Shown here piece after piece: positions 20,468 through 32,178 of a DNA stretch of 38,550 nt. A program made the position numbers and the translations under genes. The notes beneath the pieces were generated by a model. It made no database searches. It saw nothing but the letters and a program-made list of their open reading frames with translations, and was not told the DNA's origin. Position 1 is the first letter of the stretch. Each line of letters begins with the position of its first letter. Source of the stretch: Octopus bimaculoides (Eukaryota); contig NC_068990.1 in NCBI RefSeq assembly GCF_001194135.2, positions 51,541,864 through 51,580,413 of the forward strand, written 5' to 3'.

Positions 20468-22944
20468 AGTAATACAAAAGTAAATTATTCATAATTGGAA
20501 GCGCCCGTTGTTATAGTAAAAATGAAATGCCTCTGTATTTATATCTGCTAATTTCTGTACGGGACTTAACGTTTCATTACCGCTACATCGCTATCCACTA
20601 CCTGTTCCCAAAGATTCATTTGCAAGATTAAATGCGGAGAAATGGCTTTCTAAGATTGACTTAGCAGAAGCATATTTCCAGACAATGCATTAAAAAAGCT
20701 CCTAACCATAAATATTCATCGTGGATTATACTTGTATAGCAGATTACTTTTTGGGGTAAAGTCTGCTCCAGGCATTTTCCAACAGCTAATGGATATTACG
20801 CTTTCGGATTTTACATACGCTTTTGCGTACCCCGATGACGTTATTATTGTATCATCAACTGAATTTGAAGAGCATACAAGGAATCTCTTGAAACGAATTA
20901 AGGAGTATGGTCTTCGTCTAGAACCAGAAAATGCCAACTTTTTCTTCCTCAATTAGCATATTTGGGTTTTGTCATGAATAAAGATGAACGTCTTCCAGAT
21001 CCGGAGAAAACAACTATCAGGAAGTTACCGCCACTCATAGTCGTGTCTAAACTGCATTATTTTTTTTTAGGAATGATTAGTTATTAAAGCTCAGTTATAC
21101 CTAACATGCATCAAATAAGGGGTCCACTCATTACTTGTTAGGCTCGCAAAATGGAACTGGTCTCTACAATGTTAAAAACCATTCGAGAATTCAAAAAATT
21201 ACTATTTTTTGATCTGACATTGATTCAGTTTGATCCAAGTAATGAGATTATCGTTCCTGCAGATGTGTCAGGTTATGGAATAGGAACAGTACTCTTGCAT
21301 AAAATGGTTGATGAATCACATCAGCCAATTATGCATGCTTTAAAATGTCTATCAAAATTTGAAAAGAAATATTCACAAATAGAAAATGGGGCATTGGCAC
21401 TCGTTTATACAGTACAGAAATGTCATTGCATGATACAAGGCAGAATGTTCGCTCTTCAAACTGACCATAGACCACCCTTGAAAATGCTTGGTTCAAAATC
21501 TGGAATCTCAGTATATACAGCGAATTGTTTGCAATGCTGGGAAACTATGGTTTTGGGCTACAATTTCAGTATAAGTTATGTAACAACTTTATCGTTTGCT
21601 TATGCAGATAGTCTTTCACGCTTAATAACTGAATACCCAGCAATGACAGAAGACATCGTAATTGCTAATACAAGTATTGAAGCTGAGACCCATCAAGTTC
21701 AAATGGATTTAATCAAATTTTTACCTGTTACTTTAGAGCTGGTAAAACAAAAAAACAACAACATTAAATGAAGTTATTAAATATCATAGGTATGGTTGGC
21801 TAGAAAAAGTTTGCGATAAAGATATGCAACAATTCTATTTGAAGCGTGATTATGTCTCAGTTCTTGATAACTTTTTAATGATGGCTAATCATACTGTTAT
21901 CCTAAACAGTCTTAAAACGTTGGTACTTTACCAATTTCATGCACATCATCCAGGAATTTCAAGAATGAAGGCTTTAGCAAGAAGTTTCAATTATTGACCT
22001 GTGCAAGCATGTTCGAAATGTGTAAAAGCCTCAATATTACCTATTCAGATAAACACTCTTTAGTCAGTTCCAAAAGCACCCGGGTCTAGATTACTCATAG
22101 ATTTTGCAGGACCTCATTATGGTAACTACATTTTTATTATGGTCGATGCTTTGTCTAAATGGCTGAAGGTATTCATTATGAGTCAAACAACAACTTCAGC
22201 CAAAATACAAAAGCTACGTCAACGTTTTTCAAGATTTGGGTCATCAGAAGTTTTAGCATCGGATAACGGTTCACAACTCACTTCACTAAAATTCATAATA
22301 TTTTGTAATCATGTAAGACCTCCTCCTTTCATCCTTAATCTAACGGGTTAGCAGAAAGATTCTTGGATACTCTTAAACGCCTATTACACAAAATTGAGGG
22401 GATTGGTAAGTTATAAGAAAATTTGCAATTCTTTTCAATGAACTACAGAATAACACGGAATGCTGCTGAGCCTGGCGGAAAGTCACCTACAGAAACAATG
22501 TTTCAGGGAAAAATTCGCAGGGCTTTTGATATGATGAAACCTAGAAATGCAAAGCATTCACGAAAATTAACTAGTATAACAAGGTACAGTCGGTGAGATC
22601 TAGTATATGTACTTGGTACTCGACCAGGGCATCCCAAGTGGCAAGAAAGTCAGGTGACAAAGCAGAGAAGTAACGTGTGGCACGTTAACCAGAAGAGAAA
22701 GAGCCGTCATTACAATTATTTATGAATCAAGATCAAGGAAATGCGAAAAACCAAGATATTCGAACTGAATTAGAAACTACTTCGTCAAATTTAATAGAAA
22801 ACCTGCTGAGTACATACAAGTAAGCCCTTAAAATAAAATTACTTCGTCAAAGTTACGAAGGTCCAGTCGAAATAGAAAACCGACTGAACACATACAGGTA
22901 AACCCTCAAAATAAACTTATTCATAGAACAACTATTCATCTTTT

Positions 22945-23120
22945 AGAGAAAAGGGAGATGAGGCAGCTCCAGTTGTCTCGATACAATATATATTTTATTA
23001 AGTGTCCTCCAATCAATGGACACGATTCTATCATGATTCTATCCCACATCGTTTTGCACTTCGATTTGGAATTGTTGCAATGTTTTCGTCGTTTGCTTAT
23101 AAAATTATAATCTGAACACA
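22945..23120 (+). repeat. Polypurine tract (22945-22958) and probable 3' LTR (TG at 22959 to CA at about 23120)
   Basis: AGAGAAAAGGGAGA directly followed by TG, downstream of the integrase. The LTR right end is a guess because there is no partner LTR. Confidence 0.5.
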
Positions 23121-23184
23121 ATATCATTATTCTCATTAATTGTCTGATATTATAACCCAGACATACATAAATATGAATATACAT

Positions 23185-23205
23185 ATATGTGTGTGTGTGT
23201 GTGTA

Positions 23206-23240
<35 letters not shown>

Positions 23241-23278
23241 GTGTATGAGTGTGTGTGTATGTGTGCGTGTGTGTGTGT
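23185..23278. repeat. (GT)n microsatellite
   Basis: Direct reading. Confidence 0.95.
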
Positions 23279-23868
23279 TCGGCGTATTCTTTCAGCATAT
23301 AGGCATAATAGCTTTTTTGCCCTTAAGTATAATTGTACCCTATGTACCCTATACAATTATATATCTTTGTAAATGTATTTGACATAGAAGATCTTTATAC
23401 ACTGGCTACTGATAAAATTCATTAATTTTAATGATTTTATCGTCTAATTATGTTTTATATATATAGTGTATTGCTCTAAAAGAAGTACCCATCTGTGGAG
23501 AGATAAATATATGAGCTACTAATAGTTGCATGCGAGGAAAACAACTCAGACAATATTTTATAACACGACTGAACCTTCATACAATTTCCAGACTCTGACC
23601 ACAAGCTGTAACAGAACGACAGAATAAGAGAGAATACGAGAAAAGACGAGAAGAATGTAGAGGTAAAAGGTAGAAGGTTGAAAACACCGGAAAACGAAAA
23701 GGGAAAAAGAAAAAAGAAAGAATGGGGAAATTAGAGTTATATCCCTTTTGATCGTAAAGTCATAAGGCTGAATGGATAGAGACCTAGATTCTGATCAATC
23801 CGTAGAGCATAGTATTTTCCAATTCGCCAACTCCTGTTGGCGTATCCATATGTTTACTGTATATATAT

Positions 23869-23978
23869 AACTTAACAGTTCGGCAAAATAGTCTGATAGA
23901 ATAAGTACTAGGCTTACAAAGAATAAAGGCGGTGCTCCATCATGGGCGCAGTCAAATGATTCAAACAAATAAAGAAAA
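23869..23978 (+). mobile_element. SINE family A 3' fragment
   Basis: AACTTAACAGTTCGGCAAAA...GATAGAATAAGTACTAGGCTT...AAAGGCGGTGCTCC matches about 20323-20450 with an internal deletion. Confidence 0.8.
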
Positions 23979-24001
23979 AGAAAATATATGTATATATATA
24001 T

Positions 24002-24162
24002 GCGCAGGAGTGGCTGTGTGGTAAGTAGCTTGCTTATCAACCTCATGGTTCCGGGTTCAGTCCCACTGCGTGGCATCTTGGGCACGTGTCTTCTACTATA
24101 GCCTCGGGCCAACCAAAGTCTTGTGAATGAAATTGGTACACGGAAACTGAAAGAAGCCCATC

Positions 24163-24164
<2 letters not shown>
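24002..24164 (+). mobile_element. SINE family A 5' half, running into (GT)n and a 501-N gap
   Basis: Aligns to 20067-20230. Confidence 0.88.
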
Positions 24165-24218
<54 letters not shown>

Positions 24219-24719
24219 NNNNNNNNNNNNNNNNNNNNNNNNNNNNNNNNNNNNNNNNNNNNNNNNNNNNNNNNNNNNNNNNNNNNNNNNNNNNNNNNNN
24301 NNNNNNNNNNNNNNNNNNNNNNNNNNNNNNNNNNNNNNNNNNNNNNNNNNNNNNNNNNNNNNNNNNNNNNNNNNNNNNNNNNNNNNNNNNNNNNNNNNNN
24401 NNNNNNNNNNNNNNNNNNNNNNNNNNNNNNNNNNNNNNNNNNNNNNNNNNNNNNNNNNNNNNNNNNNNNNNNNNNNNNNNNNNNNNNNNNNNNNNNNNNN
24501 NNNNNNNNNNNNNNNNNNNNNNNNNNNNNNNNNNNNNNNNNNNNNNNNNNNNNNNNNNNNNNNNNNNNNNNNNNNNNNNNNNNNNNNNNNNNNNNNNNNN
24601 NNNNNNNNNNNNNNNNNNNNNNNNNNNNNNNNNNNNNNNNNNNNNNNNNNNNNNNNNNNNNNNNNNNNNNNNNNNNNNNNNNNNNNNNNNNNNNNNNNNN
24701 NNNNNNNNNNNNNNNNNNN

Positions 24720-24762
<43 letters not shown>

Positions 24763-24765
<3 letters not shown>

Positions 24766-24928
24766 GACGGGCTTCTTTCAGTTTCCGTCTACCAAATCCA
24801 CTCACAAGGCTTTGGTCGGCCCGAGGCTATAGTAGAAGACACTTGCTCAAGGTGCCACGCAGTGGGACTGAACCCGGAACCATGTGGTTGATAAGCAAGC
24901 TACCTACCACACAGCCACTCCTGCGCCT
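24763..24928 (-). mobile_element. SINE family A 5' half, inverted
   Basis: Reverse complement aligns to 24002-24164 with about 12 mismatches over about 163 bp (manual count). Confidence 0.88.
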
Positions 24929-25703
24929 ATAATAGTCTATGGTTTGTAATAGTGGAAACATGAAATGAAGAATTTCCTCGAAAGGTTTTCAAATCTAGGA
25001 ATTTGCAATCGAAAGTTAGAAATTTGCTTCGGAGATGCTAAGGTTTCGATTCCGAAAAAAATATTCTACTTCGTATTTGTTTTCTTTAAGTGACATCAGA
25101 AAGTGAGTAAGTCATTGAATTCTTCAACTAAAGTGATTTGAATAGTTTGGAATAAGAATTTTCGTTTCTAATGACAATATTCTGAAAGAAGACCAAATTT
25201 ATAAACGAAATATAAAATACAGTGAAACATTTTAAAGAAAATTGTTAGTTATTAAAACGTAATGTGTTACCCATTTCCAGTAAAAAAAATTACCTTCTTT
25301 TCGTTTAGTCTTTTAATGAATACAATAGTCCTGGTTCATAAGACGGATTTACAAGAAAATGAATTTCAATGACTTAAATACAGTAAGATATGTTATGAAG
25401 GATGTAAATGACCGATTATTCATTTTAAAGATACAAGAGAAATATTAACAAGAATGTGAAACATTTGCAAAGTGTTCAAGAGAGAAAAGCTTCAAATATC
25501 GATAAAAACGATGCAAATTTTGGTGCTGCCAAAATCCAATATATGTTTGGAAATTCCCTTTTAGTCTTCATTTAAAGTGAATGACAACATTAGGAACTTC
25601 TTACAGACAATATTGATTCAATTCTATGCGTCACATGTCAGAAATGTAGAAATAAGTAAAGTGGAAGCGTTTTAAACCTGCTAATTTTGAAAGATTCTAT
25701 ATA

Positions 25704-26903
25704 GGGGAGACCAGGTCTAGTTGTTACATGGGTAAGTTGTTACAAGCCCATTGTTTCTAACTTCAAGAAATAGGTGACACTTGGGTCTCTACCTCGTGAA
25801 GGCCAACTCCATAGCATCATGACTGTATATGTGTATGGCTCAAAAAACGATATTTTACTCCAAAAGTGAAATTTTGCCACAAAGTTATTTCCTTGTTACT
25901 GAAGTAGTTTGTGGGTCATTAGGAAGTATTGGAAGTTGCCTTCGATACATGAAGGTGTGTCTTGGATGATATGCATTGCTAGTGCTGTGTACGAGGTATT
26001 CCCCAGAAATACATGGTCGGGGCTAATTGTTATAGTGTATCAACTTACCCCAGGCATGTAACAATTTGCCCCCTGTATTTCAGTTTAACACGCCTTGCCT
26101 AGAAACTACAAAAGGAAGACTACAAGGGGGGATACCCCTCTTGATGTCATGGAAAGAGCCGCCAGAAAAGTTGCGGATGAAAAGAAATCAGTACAGGATG
26201 TTGCCGTAAAACAGCGCATAGTAGATGAAATAAACGAACAGAAATCCAAGCCAAAGAAGGCAACTGGTAAAGAAAAGGCAACAAAGGGGAAGGGAAAGTC
26301 AACTAAAACAGGTAAAGGCAAATGGAAGCGGCCTCGCAGCAAGCAAGTCACCGATTGGAAATGCCTTGTCTGCTCAGATTGATATTCCAACTCCCTTCCA
26401 GGTGAAGAATGGGTGCAATGCATGATCTGTAAAGAATGGGCACACACTGACTGTACTGGTGGACGACAGGACTTTCTGTGTGATCTGTGTGGTGAGAAGT
26501 TAATGGAGGACGATTCCGACTAGATAGCACATGTAACAATGGGGAAATTGGCTGATGAGGATTCTCAGTATCACAGCTAGGATATGAAGTAGTTGAAAGC
26601 ACAGTTAATTAATTAAAATAATACTTGTTTGTTAACATAATTCCGAGTTATCGACAGTTGTAACAAAGTACCTCAGTAAGTGTCACAACGTACCCCGCAC
26701 TCGGGGAAAATTTTTACAGCTGACACCACCTCATTAATTAGAACCTGTCTAATTAATGTTATGTAATTTCTGTTTTTTGCTGGTGATAACAATAAATAGA
26801 GATGTATAACTAATTAAATCTGAAAAGAAACTTCAGCCGAGTTCACTTATGTGGATGCCAAAGAAAAAAATGAGAAAATATAACAACTAAATCCGGTCTC
26901 CCC
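25704..26903 (+). mobile_element. 1.2 kb internally deleted pogo/Fot1-like (Tc1-mariner superfamily) DNA transposon with both TIRs
   Basis: Left TIR GGGGAGACCAGGTCTAGTTGTTACA; right end TATAACAACTAAATCCGGTCTCCCC (21/25 inverted match). Both are flanked by TA, within TATA. Multiple subterminal GGGGyAAnTTGTTACA-like repeats occur in both orientations. Confidence 0.85.
26095..26523 (+). pseudogene. Deleted transposase: N-terminal pipsqueak-like HTH start fused in frame to a basic linker and C-terminal PHD finger
   Basis: PRNYKRKTTRGDTPLDVMERAARKV... then CLVCSD*YSNSLPGEEWVQCMICKEWAHTDCTGGRQDFLCDLC (C4HC3). Starts at TTG, has one TGA at 26380-26382, and lacks a DDE domain. Confidence 0.8.
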
Positions 26904-29631
26904 TATATTCGTCATTTATTAACGATTGTGATTCTGTTTTATTGTAGTGTCTGAGTAGATACAACATATTTGTAGTTAATATAACACTAGAAATGTGTGT
27001 AGAAATAGTTACACGATATTCATATCTCAATAGAGAAGAGATGGAAAATTTCAGGCGTTATACAAGGACCAAAGTAATTATGGTTCTTTCGAAGGAATTG
27101 TTATTTTTCTGAGAATAAACTTAAAAAGAGTCAATCTAACGTGAACCTAAACATGGAAATTTTAAAATATATATGCCGTGTGAAAATGTTTCGTCTGTTG
27201 TTATTTTATCTCTGCAAACTGATGGGACTGCAATGGAGTATTATTCACATATCAGAGACAGTTTCTGTTACACGCATAAATATCTGAGATTACATGAAAA
27301 TCAACGCCATTTGGCTTTATTACAATGGATCATTAAGAGTAATTTCAATTCCTTCTAAATTCTTCCAGTACATAATATATACCTTCATGCTGTTGTCTTT
27401 TTCTCTTCATCTTCTGTTAATTCTTTTGGGTTTTCTTCTATGAATTAGCAGCATGCATCCAATCTCCGCCTAAATCTACGGAATCGACTCGTTTCTTTTC
27501 ATATTTCATATTCCTACGGTGTCTCAGCCTATCACTACAAACAACATCAAGAGATTTGTACTAAACACCTCACCCAGTCATTAACAACTATAATCTGCTT
27601 CAATGCTCATTCAATCCACCATTTTCTTCCAGTGTTTAACTAATACCTATCTCACCGACCTTATAAAGGCAGCAAATGCTTTTTTTTTCTACTTTTTATC
27701 AATACATTTGAAAGTATTTTTAAATGTTCAATATTGGAAATACATAATTTTTTTAAAAATTGATCTTTATAATATGAAAAGATGGAATTTGTTTCATTTA
27801 CGAGTTATTCTATCAACTAATACATATTACCAAGGTATCTCTAAGTCCTTCATAAATACCGTAGTTTTTAAACAGCTAGAATCATCATGGTTATTCTGCC
27901 TGTACACAACACCTAATGGATATTAATGGACATCCATTCAGTACGTCAATACTAAACTGAAGCAGTAAGGAAGGGAAATTAAATGTTTATCATATATGCC
28001 ATGATTACTTGCCCATACCGTGATATTAAAGCAGAAACGAATGAGGTGAACAATGTTACGGACAATGCTCTTGGTCGTTAACTTTGTGTTTGTTTGGCCC
28101 AACTATTCGTTTGCAAATATATAAACCTATAAAGATCTCTTTTCGTGATTTTTGTATTCCTTTTTTTTTTGTATAAAATACAGTATTAAAGTTTATGAAG
28201 CGCTAGATATCTTCGCTTCAGCTTGTCTTTTGTCTATGTCCTCGGTTTTAAATACTGCGCAGACAATCTTAAAGAACCGACCTACCATCCATGTTTCTTT
28301 CCACACATCAAATAAGGTCACTTCCAATTTCTGTTTTGAGAGCAATTCAAAAGCCCTGCTATTTTTTAGAATTTACAATTTTGTGCTTTCTTCCTTGTTA
28401 ATTTTCAGATATAAATTTCGAGTACGGTGAAACACACTCACTCGCTTCTCTGACTTTTGGCAAACTACTTTCTGTTGCATAAGTTTTGTCATGTTCAGGT
28501 TTTCAGTTTCACGAGAACCGCAGCCAAAATTGCCGCTTTCGTAAACATACCTGGTTACATTTTCTCCCGGGGTGTGCGTGTTAATTCCAAAGTTTTGTTA
28601 AGTCTATATCTTTCTTTGTTATAAGTCATAAATATTATAATTTATAACCTTTTGGATTGCTAGCATTTCATTATCTTCTCTTACATTTACCCCTTTTCAG
28701 GGATATATGGAAATAAAAATGCTTCTATTTCAATTCCTTCTAAATGCTTCCAGTACATAATATATACCTTCACTGTACACGACAACGTTATCTCTTATCT
28801 AATCACTCAACAACTTTCGTCTCAAATCATATCTTCGTAGGTTAAAACAGGAACAGCACATTGGATGATGTAATTGTGGTTGATTGAATTGAAAATAAGA
28901 TGTGGAGTACTTTGGTCATAGATCTTATTGGTCAAAGATGCCTTTGAACTAAAATAAGTTTCACAGTTTACACAAGTAACCTTTGAAGTCTGTGTGAAAC
29001 CTGCTGAAGTTGAATTATTATTAAGATCACGAAAACCCAAATGTCAATTTTTCCCTTCCATTGAAATCATTGGAGTTTATACCACATTGTTGGTAGCGGA
29101 TTATTAGGAATAATAAAGCAAAAAATATATCCAATATTTAGGTAAATACGTATTATTTTAATAGCATGAAAATATAACTTGATTACGGATATTGGGAACA
29201 AATTAAGACAGGAATAAATTATTTTAAAAACTAAAGTGATTGAAGTTGAAATAAACAAGACCCGATCTACTTAAAAATAATAAATATAAGAAAAGTCAAC
29301 AATGCAAACTCTTGTTACGTTTAGTAATTTAAAAATAGAAAGTATAAAAGACGTTTGTTGAAGAAATTTATTTGAGAATCGTCGACAACAAAATATTGCA
29401 ATACGTCAAAGCCATTTTTCATATTTGTTTTTCGTTTTCAGTTTCGCTTTCCATTCATTATTCTCGCATTCTAATCTCATAACTTTAATGAATTCCTTTA
29501 CGTTTCAGACAAATGGAGTTGATATTCAAACTTTTGAATATTTTTAATACATTGTATTAAAAATATTCAAAATATCATGATTTGAGAAATACAACTGTTT
29601 CCTTTCTTCGAAAGAATTATGTACATCTTGG

Positions 29632-29633
<2 letters not shown>

Positions 29634-29693
<60 letters not shown>
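29634..29693. repeat. (ATT)n microsatellite at the 3' flank of the Dong/R4 element
   Basis: Direct reading. Confidence 0.95.
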
Positions 29694-29695
<2 letters not shown>

Positions 29696-31947
29696 GTTTG
29701 ACTTTTGTTTTATATTTGTACAAGTTGACTCCAAGTCTCGCCCAGAGATCTCAAGAGACAATAAGTTAGAAGTTCAAGTTGGTATTATGCCTAGGATGTC
29801 ATATATTTGGTTTTGCACATAGTTCTAGTGAATGTTTAAGAAAACATAAGAGAACTATAAGTTTGTTTTAAAATTTGAGATTACATAGACAGTATTTTAC
29901 GTAGGTTATATGCAGTTACCATGAGCACTATTTTTCGAATTTGCGCCATTTGCGGTTTCCTGGTATCTGAGCTAGCTAACAATCAGCCCCTTTCATTCTT
30001 ATTCCTAGGGCACCTATGACAACAGGTATGGTTTTAGTCATGACGTTCCTCATTTTGCCAATTTCTATTTCAAGATCTTCATACTTGCTCAATTTTTGGT
30101 AGGTCTTGACAGATACATTTATGTCCATCAGTTATATCAATGAGGAGGAGTGATTTTTGTCTGAAGTCCTTCAATGCACTGAAAGTGCCTATTCGCATTT
30201 ATCTGTCAGTTTGAACATTCCAAATGAGTAAGATGAAATCACTTTGAAGCACTGAAAGTGCTTTGTGTTCCCGTCATGGAGCAGGCTCAGGTTTTTGCAA
30301 ATTACCTAGTGAATATACTGTGCTGATCTATTATGCCTGTTGAGATACTCTGTAGGCGCAAGAAAACTGGTCAATATTCTTCTGGTCAATATTAACGTTG
30401 GATGTTTCTGTCATTTTTCCTTTGATAAAGGTAGCCTTTGCTCATTTCTCGAGACCAAATTGCATTCTGATGTCATCACTGAATTATTTAACAATTGCTA
30501 GTAAGCCCTGTAGTTGTTGGTTATTTCTTTACAAAGAGTTTTAATTCATCTATGTAAAAGAAATGGTTTATATTTTTTTCTCAAGCATTTTATAACCGTA
30601 TTGTACATCATTGAGCAATTTCGTGAGAGGTACTAAGGCTAGACAAAAGAGGAATCGTGATAGAGTTGCACCCTGGAAAATTACACATGAAATTCTTACA
30701 TCTCCAGCATTAAGAGATTCATTGTTACTGTTCAAGGTCAGTGTGGTTCTCTATGATCTCATAATTAGAGACACGAAATTTCGTAGAGTAGATGCGATTT
30801 TATACATTCCAAACATTTCTTAATCCAGCTATGTGGTAGACAATCAAAAGTTTTTTTTATAGCCTACCCAGGCTATCGACAAGTTTTTATGTCGTTTGTG
30901 ACAATCTTCGAAGATCATCTTATAGATGAGTAGCTGATTTTTACAACCAGAGGACTACCTTTACATCCTTTTTGCTCATTAGGGAATATGCCACTTTCTA
31001 TTAAATAACTATAGGTATATTCAATCAAGACAGATGTTAGTATTTTATACATTGTTGTTAAGCAGGTCATAGTTGTTTTGTTTCTTTACTTTTTGAAAGT
31101 AGGAATAAAACACCATTAACTAGCCAAGAGGGAATCATACTGGGTTGTTGCAATACATTGTTGTAAAGTTTTGTTAGCATCTCATGACTCACTGGGAAGG
31201 CATTCGACCAGAAGTTAGGAATTTTATCCTTTCCTGGAGACTTCCATTTGCTTGAATTTCTGAGAGCAAATCTTGCATCGTCTACCCTGATAACCTTTGC
31301 TCTTCTAAAGAGTCTAAGTCTTTAGATACTCTATTAATCCACTGGACCATTTTATTTTGTGCTTTTTCTTCTGCCAAATTTTATTCCCAAATTCCTGCAC
31401 TACTTTTGATGGGACAGACTTTACTGTAACTGCTATTTTCCCTATCTTGCTGTAAAACATTTTTGGGTTATTTTAAACATGTTGATGTCCTTGAAGAATC
31501 TAATGCACTTTTCATACCGTGCTATGCAGGAAGCTTTAGCACATATATTTTGCTTGATAGTTTCTATGATACTATCGATGTTAAGTATGGTTTTCATATT
31601 ATATTTTTTCTTTAATTTTCGGATATTTGTTGGTTTGATAGTCCTGTAAAACTTAAGGTTTTTAAACATTTTTCAGACCTTCTTTATTATCTCCCCTTGA
31701 CCATTTTTCATTCTTTTCTTTTGGTTATTTGATGAGGAGCATGGATGGCCATCTGTTGGAATATTCCGGTTATGGGGTACTTCCAGCTTCTGTGTTTCGG
31801 GAGGCATGTCGGGCTTGGACGTTGACATTAAGGGACGTATATGTCTGTTTAGTGTTAATTTTTTGAGACAACACCGTCTCCGAGTTCTCTGAATATAAAC
31901 ATTGCTCGTAACGTAGATTCTTAAAGCTAACACATCTGTATTCATCT

Positions 31948-31948
<1 letters not shown>
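29694..31948 (-). mobile_element. Dong/R4-type LINE, 5'-truncated and internally deleted, flanked by (TAA)n on both sides
   Basis: Minus strand gives MTCLTTMYKILTSVL, IFPNEQKGCK, CKNQLLI, RISCVIFQGATLSRFLFCLAL (GIFQGDSLSP region), MQFGLEK, then RLE KYEDLEIEI...PVVIGALG. The 3' UTR is near-identical to about 17240-17510. Confidence 0.88.
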
Positions 31949-32015
<67 letters not shown>

Positions 32016-32016
32016 G
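31949..32016. repeat. (ATT)n microsatellite at the 5' flank of the Dong/R4 element
   Basis: Direct reading. Confidence 0.95.
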
Positions 32017-32017
32017 C

Positions 32018-32178
32018 TAAGGCGGCAAGCTGGCAGAATAATTAGCACGCTGAACGAAGTGCTTAGCGGTATTTCGCCCGTCGCTTCGTTCTGAGTTCAA
32101 ATTCCTACGAGGTCGACATTTCCTTTCATCCTTTCGGGGCCCATAAATTAAGTACCAGTGAAACACTGGGGTCGATGT
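32018..32178 (+). mobile_element. tRNA-derived SINE family B, 3'-truncated
   Basis: TAAGGCGGCAAGCTGGCAGAAT (A box) ... GAGTTCAAATTCC (B box) ... CCTTTCATCCTTTCGGGG...AAGTACCAG...CTGGGGTCGAT (conserved body). Confidence 0.85.

Larger units (their letters stand above)
19290..23120 (+). mobile_element. Ty3/Gypsy LTR retrotransposon remnant (gag knuckles, protease, RT, RNase H, integrase, PPT, probable 3' LTR)
   Basis: WNCDE*HYANYCPYKK (knuckle), SDVTIISEET and LGKAWIEKFGLW (protease region), RYPLP..KIDLAEAY..RLLFGVKSAPGIFQ..AYPDDVII (RT), ADVSGYGIGTVL..YSQIENGALAL..QTDHRP (RNase H), HAHHPGISRMKALAR, DFAGP..VDALSKW..SDNGSQL (integrase). Order RT-RH-INT. Many stops; 5' LTR absent. Confidence 0.9.

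Noticed and set aside
26380-26382. In-frame TGA in the Cys-rich PHD as selenocysteine
   Set aside because: It is not at a zinc-ligand position, no SECIS is evident, and the copy has other lesions. A nonsense mutation is simpler.
26551-26600. CTGATGAG as a third hammerhead core (also the minus-strand CTGATGA near 22245)
   Set aside because: No stem II closing onto GAAA and no stem I.
28822-29040. 72-aa minus ORF in unique-looking DNA
   Set aside because: No motif or splice support; this length is expected by chance.
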